DNA from: Moniliella sp. 'wahieum'
Taxonomy: Eukaryota
DNA length: 64,000 nucleotides
NCBI GenBank assembly: GCA_003971905.1
Contig: RSEE01000039.1
Location: 124,001 to 188,000 of the forward strand
Direction: 5' to 3'
The position numbers and the translations under genes are program-made. The notes below the pieces were generated by a model. It did no database searches. It had not been told where the DNA came from and worked only from the letters and a program-made list of their open reading frames with translations. Shown piece after piece: positions 53,153 through 64,000 of the stretch; position 1 is the stretch's first letter; the number at the start of each line of letters is the position of its first letter.

Positions 53153-56100
53153 ACCACGGACAGGTGTTTGCCGTCAAGTCGGTTCTCCAACGGCCCGTGG
53201 CCTTAATCCAAGGACCTCCTGGTACGTGGAAGACAGTGACGAGTGCGACCATCGTGTACCATTTGAGCCGGATGAACCCTCAACCAGTGCTCGTCGTAGC
53301 GCCTTAGAACGTGGCTGTGGACCAACTAACGGAGAAGATTCACAAGACCGGTCTCAAAAAGTGGTGCGCTTGGCGCGGCCAAGAGTCGTGAAGGACTGGA
53401 TAGTCCAATATCCTTTTCGAAACTTCATGAACAGGTTCGCACAATAAGGGTCATATGCCGAGCTGCAAAAGCTGATCAGCTCAAAAACGAACAAGGCGAG
53501 CTGTCGAGCTCCGACGAGCGCAAGTACAAATCGCTGACACGTGCCTGCGAACGGCAATTGCTCGATGCCGCTGATGTCATCTGTACTACTTGTGTTGGGA
53601 CGGGCGATCCTCGGTTGAGCCAGCTCAAGTTCCGCACCGTATTGGTAGACGAGGCGACCCAAGCAGCCGAACCCGAGTGCATGATCCCACTCGTGTTTGG
53701 TTGCAAGCAGGTTGTATTTGTTGGGGATCATCTCCAGTTAGGGCCGGTGATTATGAACAAAAAGGCTGCCCGGGCAGGGTTGGCCCAGTCGCTGTGTGAG
53801 CGTCTGATTATGCTGGGCAACAAGCCGACTCGGCTGCAAGTCCAGTACCGAATGCACCCTTGTGCTTGTCTGACTTTCCGTCCAAAACATGGTTTACAAG
53901 GGCACGTTACAAAACGGGGTGACTGCTCCAGAGGAGGTACGCAAGAACGTCAACTTTCCCTGGCCCAATCCTTCATTGCCTATGTTCTTCTTCTCCAATC
54001 TGGGACAGGAGGAGATCTCTTCATCTGGTACTTCGTTCCTGAACCGAACCGAGGCGAGCAACGTCGAAAAGATTATCACCCAGTTTTTCCGATCCGGCGT
54101 AACTAGTAACTCCAGACCAAATTGCGGTCGTGACGCCGTATGAGGGCCAGCGGTCGTACGTGGTCAACCATATGCAACTGCATGGTAAGCTCAAGAAGGA
54201 ACTCTACAAGGAAGTCGAGGTGGCGTCCGTCGATGCGTTTCAGGGGCGCGAGAAGGATTATATTATTCTGTCGTGCGTGAGGAGTAACGATCACCAGGGC
54301 ATTGGCTTCTTATCGGATCCGCGGCGTCTGAACGTAGCGCTGACACGAGCCAATTATGGGTTGGTGATCCTGGGGAATCCCAAGGTGCTCTCTAAGCATC
54401 CGCTGTGGTATCATCTCCTTCAACACTTTAAGGCGCAGGGACTCCTGGTCGAGGGAGTGTTGTCCAACCTGCAGCCAAGTATGATTCAATTTACTCGCCC
54501 GCGTCGGCGGCTGCAACAACCCGGCGACTTGATGGCGCGGTACCGTCATGAAGTGGCGTACGATCACTCGGCCCATCCTGCTATGCAGATTGCAGCAGCG
54601 TGGAGTTCCCTCTTCCTATGGGATGCCCAATGGAGCTCCTTCGTCATTTGCCGTGCCCAGCTACCCGCCGAGTTTTGCCATGGGCCCGCCCAGCACGGTG
54701 GGGAGTGAGTTTGACACGCAGTCGATCGCTTCGCTCAACACGCAGGGCTATCCGTCGGCGCATTTGCCCCCCTACGTATCGGCAGCAGGGTTGGGCACAT
54801 CCTCGCTTGCAGGCTCTTACGTCGAGCCAACGCATCATCAGACGCATGGGCCTGCCTATAGCGCCACTCATCGACGCAAATATGCGCCCTCGAGCTATGC
54901 CCCAGCCTGGCCGACACGGAGGACTAGACAGGTTCGTACAGTCAAGCGTATGCAGCCCCTAACCCTTAACCGATTGATCGCTTGGACACCGGTACGATGG
55001 GGCGGGACCGAGCATTTGAGGGCAGGGGGCTGGACTTGGAGGAGGATAGGCGGTCGACGTACTCGGTGAGTACGTCCCAGGCCCTCCTCACATGTTTTAA
55101 CCCGGACTCCGTAATGGTCGCTGCGAGACGCGAGAAAGAGCTGGCTAGATCCTCAGGCGGCGCTCTGTTGCCAGAGCAGAGTGAGGGCTGGGCTAGTCTT
55201 TGATGCGCCTTACCATATACCAATCTCTCGGCATTGGCCAGCTAACCCTTTCCCATCGATGAGATGCGAGTGGCGCTGGCGATTGGGCGCGCCAGTGGCC
55301 GATGCGTGTTGTGTGCTGCTGACTCGGCGCTCCAGCAGAGCGCATGCCCTGTGAGTTGGACTGCCCAGCTGACGCCATTGGGTGGCCTGACTGAGGCCAT
55401 CCGCGGCGCACGTGTGGCGACGGCTACAGATGTTGGCTGCTTGGCGGCATGGCTGCTGATGAGATGGGTCGGCCTGCAATGGGACATGGAGGGAAGAGCT
55501 GAAGTTAGAAGACCAATTGCGTTGGTGCAGCGGGTATCATAGGGGAAGCCAGGAATCAGTGACTAGTGAGGGGCGATGGATGCTCCCGTGGCGGGTGACC
55601 TGCTCTGAGCGAGTCGCGATGGATCATCACGTGATGGGAGGGCGATGGAACGCCTGAGAACGATCCCACGCCCGAAGGCCTCGTGGCGCGACTGGGGCTG
55701 GGCCTGTCTGGGCGGAATGGGGCAGATGCACCGGCTGGCGGAACGCCACCCAGGCTGGATGCCAGGCAGAGGGCGAGTGTTCGTGGCGGCCAGCCATGGC
55801 TTGCGATGCTCCAGCAGCCGTCATCGATTCATCGATTCATCGCCCATCGCCAGCCCCCGTGTCGGTGCGGTCGCCATCGCCATCGCCGCCGCCTCCACCT
55901 CACCCCCACCATCCGCGTCCCACCCACTGTCTGGCTGCCTTTCCCTCTGCCCATACACCACCACCACCACCACCGCCACTGCTTCTGCCCCCCCGCCTTC
56001 CGGCCCCACCTGCTACAGCCCCCGCCGCTGCCGCCCTCCCCCGCCCCCGCCCCTACCCCTTGGCTGGAGCGATGCCTGACTCGGCCCGCCGACCCAAGCT

Positions 56101-56194
56101 TGTTTTATCTTCTGTGTCTTTTGCTCCTCCGCCTTCGTCGCCTGCTTTCTCATCGCACTCCTTCTTGTGCTGAGCCCCCAATCTCTCCCCTCTC

Positions 56195-58558
56195 ATGTAC
56201 TCCTCCCCATCCGCAAGCCCCGCGCCCCAGGCTGCGTACCTCTCCTACCTCAACCAGCAGCACGGCTCGGCCGCGGCCGCTGCTGTTGCCAGCCAATTCC
56301 TTCCCCATTCTCATGGTCCTGCACCTGGAAATGCCTCGAGCACCATGGGTGCCAACGGACTCTATTCGCGCTATGTTGGTGCCAACAACTCGGGTAACGC
56401 TGCTGCCTGGCCTGCCCAGCGCACGTTAGCCGGTCAAAGCGGACATCAAACCTCCTCCGTCTTCCCTCGTTGGTTCTTCTACCAACGGCATCCCAGGATC
56501 TCCTGTCAACTATGCTGCAGTCCACACCTCTGCGGCCAACTCCAGCGCCCGTAACTTCCCTCCGCTCAACTCTCCCCGTCTCCTCACCACCCAATCACCC
56601 GCTCATTCCCACGTACCTAATGGCAACAGCGTCTTGTCCCCCGCGGTGATCAACTCGCCCCACTGGAAAGCTCAGAAGAAGGGTGCCGACGTATGTGCTT
56701 CCTCATCTGCATTTGTAAGGTCAACTTAATACTCACTCACCTTGGCCGTTTCAGATCTCTCGCCAATCCGGATCCCCGCATCACCATGCTCGTGCGGCTG
56801 CCACGGCAGCAAGGACCGCATCGAACGTGGTGGATGCGTCCAAGGCACTTCTCCCGCCAATGGACTTCGTCTTGAGGCAATCAAGCCATCCGGAACCACG
56901 CCGATGCCGAGTTCGGATGAACCCGCCAGTTCGCCAGCGAAGCGAGCCACGATTCCGGGCAAGATTCCTCCTCGAGAGGTGGACGAAGACCAGTCTTGGA
57001 CCCAACTCGATTTGGGTGGCATGCATCTTCGTGCCTTGGCCCCGGAGCTATTCCGCTACGATTTTTGACGTCCCTCTTCATTAATCACAACGACCTGACT
57101 GCGCTGACTCCCGAGATTGCCAAGCTCAAACACCTCGAGGTGCTTGACGCGTCGCAAAACCGATTGACACTCCTTCCCCCGAGCTGGGTCTCCTGCCGGG
57201 GCTGAGGGAGTTGTACTTGTTTGACAACGCCATCACTGTTCTGCCCCCTCAGTTGGGAATGCTGTACCAGCTTGAGATGTTGGGGATCGAGGGCAACCCG
57301 CTCGACTTGGAGCAGCTCGCAGAGATCCAGCAAGAATGGAACGGTTGCTCTCATCCATGCCCTTCGGGACAAGAGTCCCACCTTGCCTGAGCCGGCCAAA
57401 CGAAAGTGGATCAACTTGACGTCGGAGGCTGAGGGGAACGAGGACCAAGATGAGGAGGCCATTTCTCGTCTGGATGAGCCCGACGACCGAAGCGAGACGT
57501 TGAGTGTGATGGGCTACAATGTTTTGGCGGACAAGTTGGCGACGGAAGCTATCTTTGGCTACACACCCTCGTGGGCTCTCCAATGGGACTACCGCAAGGA
57601 GATCATTGCCAAGGAGATCCAACAGCTGGGGGCGGACATGGTGTGTCTCCAAGAGGTCGGGATGCAGCAATACGACGAGTTTTTCGCGCCGTTGTTGCAC
57701 ACGTATGGCTATGCTGGTGTGTACTATGCCAAGTCCCGAATCAAGACGATGCGTGACGAAGAGAAGCGTCGGGTGGATGGGTGCGCTGTCTTTTACAAAC
57801 GGGCCAAGTTCCATATGGTGGACAAGTTCGTGATTGAGTATGGCCAGGCGTGCCTCCAACGGGCTGACTTCCGTGCGAGTGAGGACGTCTATAACCGTGT
57901 TATGCCCCGCGACCAAGTTGGCGTCATCTGCTGTTTTGAGTACCGCGACACGGGGGCCAAGCTCATTGTGGCTAACACTCACTTGCACTGGGACCCGGCC
58001 TATTCCGACGTTAAGCTGGTTCAGGCTGCGATGCTGATGGATGAGCTGCAGAGAGCGGGCAAGGTGTTCTGTAAGCGCAAGACGGACGTCACTCTCCCTG
58101 CTGGTGCGGTTGCGCCGACGTATGCCGATGGCAATGCCGTACCCACCATCCTCTGTGGCGATTTCAACTCGGAGCCGAGCAGTGGGTGTTTGAGTTCCTC
58201 CAGTGGTCTGTTGTCCGGCCAGCATGAGGACTTTTTGGACAAAACCTATGGTGATGTGACGGGTAAAGGGCTGCAACATGGGCTTCCGCTCAAGAGCAGC
58301 TACGGCGCGGTTGGGGAGCTGCCGTTTACCAACTTCACCCCAGGCTTTGTGGGGGTGCTGGAATACCTGTTTTACAGCACCGACACGGTGGAGCCCACTG
58401 CGTTGCTAGGACCTGTGGACGAGGAGTATGCAACAAGGTGCGTCGGCTTCCCCGACGCACACTTCCCCTCGGACCACATCCCACTTGCGGCCAAGTACCG
58501 TATCGGGCTACCTTCGGACGCCAAGGTGGTCCGTCCGGCGCCGGCCTCCTCTGCGTAA
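56195..58558 (+). CDS. CCR4: CCR4 deadenylase (LRR plus EEP nuclease); intron about 56691-56753
   Basis: WTQLDLGGM..LAPELFRY..FLTSLFINHNDLT LRRs; MGYNVLADK..FGYTPSWALQWDYRK..CLQEV; ANTHLHWDP..DVKLVQ; CGDFNS; FTNFTPGF; FPSDHIPL. Confidence 0.96.
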
Positions 58559-59197
58559 CAGCCGGTGCGCCACTGCATTCCACCCCCCAGCACTGCACCG
58601 CTGCACCGCTGCACCACCACTCCCGCTTCTCCTTCTCGGCCTGCTGTTTGTCTATGTCCTGTCATGCCACCGTCCGTTGGCCGACCTAATCGCAGTCCAC
58701 CGCGTACTCGACCATCCACGACGATCATCTCATCGTCGACACTCTCTGTACTTTGTGGGTGGGCCTCTGGCGAGGCTGAATCAAGCTCGTGGCCATGGAT
58801 AGTCACTAGTCAGGGGCAGCCTGCAGACCATAGTTAGTTCGCTTGCACCCTCGGCAGGGCCACGATTGAATAGTGCTCACCGACTATCAATCAGCGCCTC
58901 TGCGCCGCCAGGGGGGCACAGTAGCCGGCCGGTAGGGTTGCTCGCGCTGCCTTCCCCCTCGTGCGGCGAGCTGCGGTGGGGGCACGGGGGCCGTGGCACG
59001 TGGCGGCACTTGGGCTGTGCGCTGAGGCTAAGGCTGTGTGACGAGGGCCTAGTTAGCGCTTAGCAGAGCAACGTACCCACGCTTTCGTTTGTGCTGTGTC
59101 GCATCGGCCGGGGGCTAGCGCCGCTTACCTACTCCTCCCCTGGCACCGCCCGCGTCAGATCTCAGAGGGCCTCCTGGCGGCCCAGTCCACTAGCGTA

Positions 59198-62015
59198 CAT
59201 GCACCCCCATCGTCCCCACCATCTCTCTTCTCTTCCCTGCCCTCTCTTGTCGCTCGTCCGCCTTGTTGCCGTGCTGCTCGTCGGAGCTTGGACAGCCGCG
59301 ATGCGCCGACCTTTGCTGTCTGCATTCAACCGTCTTCTCGTTCGCACCAACCCCAACCGCACTGTTGAGATCGCACTCCTTGTTGCTGCCGCCTTCGCTC
59401 TTGCCCTCGCCCTCTGCGCCACTGCCGTTCCCGCACTCCAGCGCCCCGCCTCCGCTCTCGTTAAGCAGACTCTCGTCGCCGTCGCCGCACCCCCCATTCT
59501 CGTCTGGATCAGTCGCCATTTGCCCTACCCCACAGAGGAGCCCAGACCAGCCTGCCCTTCCGCTCGCGCCCACTCACTCCCGTCTCACCTCTGGCTCACG
59601 TCCAGATCAGCCTGGCGCAGCCCCCGCTTCGGCCTCGTCCCCGCCCGCGTCTGCGCCAAAACAGGCAGATGCTTGTCTCTTGTGGGGCGTGCGCTCGGAG
59701 CGTTATCTGCGCCTCGTCCAGGACCAGGGCCTGACGCCTGGCTTGCTCTTTTGTCCGCTCGTCTCAGCAGCTTGTCTGCTCGATGCCTATCGGGCCGAGC
59801 AGGCAGAGGCCAGGGGAGAGGCACCCTCTGCGGTGGGGCATTGGCAACTCCCTCCCTGGCCTCTGGGTCAGGCTCCACTTCCGTCTGAACCACCACAGCT
59901 TTTTCCCGGACTCGGTCCTCTCAGTTCGGCCCGCTTGGCCATGTCGGCGGTCAACACGCTCATCTTCATCATCAACGTCACACATCTCTTTGCTGTACGC
60001 ATCGTCCCCCACTCATGGGTCTTTTCCCGCAATGGCCTCGTACGTGCCCGCAATGTGGCCCTCTTTTACCTCGCAGTCACTCTGATGCTCGTCCTTGCTG
60101 CGCCCGCGGGCTTGCTAGAGCACCTGGGAGTTTCTGTTGCCGGGCAGGGCAAGACGCCATCCACAGGTGTCTTGGCTGTGTGGGAGGTATTCGTGACATC
60201 GGTCGTGTATCAAGTGTCGCTGCTTGTGACGCTTCTCCTTGGCAGACGCAACTTTACATACGCCGAGCTCATCATCTCCGTCACCGGTGGAACCATGCTC
60301 GTGGTCGAGGCATTCAACCTGATGGTTGCCAAACTGATCCACAACCCCATCCCTCATACCATGCGTCCTCCCAATGCCTTGCTCATCTACCAACTTGCGC
60401 TCATTGTCGGTACATTCTCCCTCGGTTTCCTTACCGCACCTTCTTTGGCTCTCTCGCTCCCTGGCCCGACGTCCAATTCACCGACTGAGGTGGCCAGAAC
60501 TGCGTCACCAACACCGCAAGCTGCTTTCCATCTCGCTTTGCACACTCTCATTCATCTTTATCGGTGGTATTCTTGGGCCTTGGGTCCAATGGTTTTTGCA
60601 TGCCAATCCTTGGGTTTGGGCTATCCGTTTTGGGCTCAATCTGGAAACCCTTTCAACACCCCCCAACTCGATCCCTTGGAGCGATTGGTCCTCCAACCCC
60701 ATATCCGTTTGACGGCTTGGTGGGCAGTGTGCCTGTCCGCAGCAATCGCCTTTTGGGGGTGGGTGAACGGAGGATTCTCTTCTGAAGGCAATTCTTCATC
60801 CAGTGCATCCGCCTCTTCTTCTTTCCTGACACCCCCATCCTTTTCGGCCGCTAGGTGTTTTGGCCCATTGCGAGCACTGCAAAAACGTGCAATGTCACGT
60901 CTTGCGCCTAAGCCCAAACCGCGTCGCTCGTTCAACACGCGGCCTCGACTGGCTGGCTCCACTAGCGGAAGGGGTGGGGGCGTTAATTGGCCAAAGGGGA
61001 TTGACGCAAATTTATCGGCAGGATCAGGGCCTGTACCATTATCTCATGGTAACAGTTCTGATACAGAACCCGACTCATCAGCGCCGGAAACCCCGCGTCC
61101 AGCGGTGCACCGATTGCATCCGATCATGTTGAGTCAACCAGACGTTCCAGATCCGGCCATCACACCTAATGATGACTTGATCGTTGATGTCTCCCCTCAC
61201 ACACCTGCTGATATGTCTGGTGCTCTTAGGCCTTCTGGTTTGCCTAGCCCTCCTTCCCGGCCGAGGCTGGCGCCTGCGGGGCGTACCCCTTCCGTTCCCC
61301 CGTCCAGTTCCACACTTCCTTCTGGTGCTCTAACGACCAAACGATACCCGCCTGTGCTTTCCCTCAATACGAAGCGCAAGTTCTTCCACTTTCTCGCCAT
61401 CCTTCTCTTCGTGCCCGGCTTTGTTGTCGATGTACGTATTCCCATCATTCATTCAGCTTAGTTTGCGTCGTCTCTGTTCTGACACTTTGCAGCCTGTCTT
61501 TGTCCACCTGGCACTCGGACTGGCTTTTTCGCTTTATCTTGTGCGAGTACACGCGCTTTTTTGCTCTTTATCCGTTGGGGGCGCCGCTCCACGTCTTTCT
61601 CACCCGGTTCACCGATAATAAGGATACAGGGCCCGTCCTGCTTTCACCCTTTTATCTCTTGTTCGGATGCGCATTGCCGCTTTGGCTCGAAGCACGGCCC
61701 TCCGCCTTGGCTCGCTCGTCTGCCGCGCTTGCCCTTGGCGTGGCTGATGCAGCGGCTAGCGGGGTGGGAAAGCGGTGGGGCCGGACCCGTTGGCCGCAGT
61801 CGCGCAAAACTGTCGAAGGGACGGTAGCCTTTATTGTGAGCCTTGCACTTTCTGGCGGCCTGATCCACTCCCTTGCTCCCTCTACCCATTGGTCCTGGCT
61901 CTCTTGGGTGGCGACAGCTTCTGCTTTGGGCTTGCTCGAAGGAGTGTCGGAGCAAAACGACAACTTGACCTTACCCCTTTACTCGGTCGCTCTCACTTGC
62001 CTCTTTCAACTCTGA
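59198..62015 (+). CDS. SEC59: Dolichol kinase (Sec59); intron about 61432-61492; start uncertain
   Basis: LSLNTKRKFFHFLAILLFVPG; EYTRFFALYPLGAPLHVFLTRFTD.KD.GP.LLS..YLLFGCALPLWL; LGVADAAASGVGKRWGRTRW..KTVEGT; EGVSEQNDNLTLP. Confidence 0.92.
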
Positions 62016-62199
62016 GATCTGACCCATGTCAGCCTCCTGTTCCTGCAATGATTCCCGTCCTGCTGCATACTCTGTAGGGGGGCAAGATCCTGATATATAG
62101 TACTAGAAGATGGGTCGGAAGCAGAACTCGAAACCAGAACCATACATGATTTGTGGCGCTCACTACCTAGATCAGCGAAGGAGACTTCAGGGAGAAGGG

Positions 62200-63877
62200 T
62201 TACCAGTTACTGCCGCCGCGGTCGGGAGGGACGATCGCGCTCCTGGCGATCATGACGATCGAATCGCGCTGAATCGTAACAGAAGGCTGGTCAGGGCTTG
62301 CGGATCGGCGTCGGTCACGGCCCAAGGATCGGTCTTGATGAGACGCCACGGCAGACTGGTCGTCATGGGAGTAGGTAATCCAGTCCTGAGCCCGACTCGC
62401 CATCAAAGTGGTCCAGCTCGTGACGGTTTTTGCGACGGGAGGTACGAGACGGACGATGGGAAGGTGCGCCCCACCGCCCGCGGCGGTCGAACGCGCGCGT
62501 GGGTCTCGCGGCCGAGGTTGATTGCCTTCCTTGCCATCTTCTTCCTTACCGGCGGGAGCTCCATTGCCCTCACCTTCCTCATCGTAGGACGAAACAACAG
62601 GCGGAGCCGATCCGGGAGGGCCGCGACCAATGTGAATGGCAGGCATCGCGCCCGCATCAGGCCCGGGCGTGCCATGAGGACTGTTAGGGATACCGGTCGG
62701 GCCAGCGAGAGGGTAAGGTGCCGGTGGACGAGGTGGAGGAACCCCTGGCGCTGCCGCATTCGGATAGGCTGCCCCCATGCCCATCTGGGCATGGAGCATC
62801 TGTTGTTGCATGGCAGCCAATTGTTGATTGATCTGCGCCTGCAAGGGCGCCGGCATGGTGGCAATGATTTGGTCTGGGTTCATTCCTGGCATGCCCATGG
62901 CCGGATCAAAGTTGGCATACAGTCCCTCGTTGGCCGCTTGGCTCTCCATGTCCTCCTTCTCGGCCATGACTTGACGTTGATGAGTAGCCCAGCGAGCCCA
63001 GCTGTCCTCGTCAAAGCCATAGTTGAACCAATCGGTCAAGTCAGCCCCGGGGCGACGCCAGGGTTTAGACGCCATCGAGGCGGGATCCAAGTGGTACAAG
63101 TTGGTCCGGCCAAACTTGCCCCCCTTGGCACCAGGACCACCACCGGGCAAATCCATGTCGGACACTTGCAGATCCGCCATGGTGGGCGACATGCGCAGCG
63201 TCGGGGCTGTCGCTGGTGCATGAGGCGGTGGACCCTCGGCTCCTTCGGGCAAGGTGTGCACCAGACCATCGTCCGGTGCAGCTTGGGGGATGTACACCCC
63301 CGCGACGAGCGGGGCAGAGGCGTGTAATCCGACGTGAGACTGGCCGATTCAGCTGTGAGAAAGGCATGGGAGCCAAGCGAGCAAGGAAATGCATTGGTCA
63401 GCAGCCATGGCCATACAGGCCAGCAGCAGGAGAGATCACCCCCACCTCCTCCCAGGCACAGAGGGAAGAGCAAAAAAAAGGAAAACGAGCGATGGGCGGC
63501 AAGGGAAACGTATGACTTACTGGGCTGTTTGGGCGCGTGTGTGGCGGCGCCAGCGGGAGAGACGCACCAGGGATGTGAGCTCGGAGCAAATGGGTGAATT
63601 GGCTCATTGTTGGAGGGGACGAGTGTGCCGGAGGGCTTGTCGGAAGCGGCCACATCAGGTGCGTCCATCACAATCTCAAGATCCTCATCGCTCGACTCAT
63701 CGCTGCTCTCCTCCATCGCGCTACTGCCGCCATCCCCAGCGGGAGAAGGTGCTGTTCCGGACGCTGGGTCCGTGGCCGTTGCAGGTTGGGGCGGTCCCGC
63801 TGCCGCTACGGCAGGGGTAGATCCGTTGGCATCGGGCGCAGCGTCATCGCCGTAGAAATGCGTCGTCATCGTCCCAT
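62200..63877 (-). CDS. FIP1: Pre-mRNA polyadenylation factor Fip1 with at least one intron
   Basis: MDDDDAFLYGD-like start (one indel); ESSDEDLEIVMD; Fip1 motif KPWRRPGADLTDWFNYGFDEDSW; RD/RS-rich tail. Confidence 0.93.
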
Positions 63878-64000
63878 GGTTGATGGGTCGTTGCTGTGAG
63901 CGTTGGTGGTGTCTTCTGGCTTTGCGGTGACCTGGCCGGGTTTGGCATCGATGGGGTACACCGCGGCGGAATGGGCCAGGGGGTTCCGCCTCGGGGTACA

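Larger units (their letters stand above)
47314..55100 (+). pseudogene. UPF1: UPF1/NAM7 NMD RNA helicase, disrupted by a transposon insertion (48920-53152), Walker A GPPGTWKT, in-frame TAG at 53305 and microduplications; intron 48590-48657
   Basis: CH domain [129 protein letters not shown]. Start and end approximate. Confidence 0.92.

Noticed and set aside
57233..58279. Long antisense ORFs (also 10333..11145, 23494..24171 and 62110..63327)
   Set aside because: Shadow ORFs caused by high GC and codon bias opposite CCR4, RPL10, HSP70 and FIP1.

Overview
GC-rich, intron-poor fungal chromosome segment, most likely a basidiomycete (inferred from gene style, GTRYGT/CTRAC/YAG introns and an intron-containing tRNA). 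The assembly has many small indels, so even RPL10 and HSP70 are frameshifted, and frameshifts alone cannot prove pseudogenisation. Recognisable core genes are a SIF2/TBL1-like LisH-WD40 protein, RPL10, tRNA-Gly(GCC), POM33/TMEM33, TFG2, a BTB protein, cytosolic HSP70, an ERF2-like DHHC palmitoyltransferase, a secreted pepsin-like protease, CCR4, SEC59 and FIP1. Two features stand out. (1) A recently inserted 3.7 kb chromovirus-type LTR element (38317-42017, GTTGG target-site duplication, near-identical LTRs, Tf1-like self-priming site) encodes Gag and integrase-chromodomain joined by an in-frame Pro/Ala linker, with no protease, RT or RNase H. (2) The UPF1/NAM7 NMD helicase gene is split by a 4.2 kb CACTA/EnSpm-like transposon (48920-53152, AC target-site duplication) and also carries a Walker A G-to-W change, an in-frame stop and several footprint-like microduplications, which raises the possibility of NMD loss. 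The window also holds a decayed Copia element, a 4x AT-hook protein, and an accessory region (about 34-47 kb) with diverged paralogous segments, tandem repeats and a perfect hairpin.
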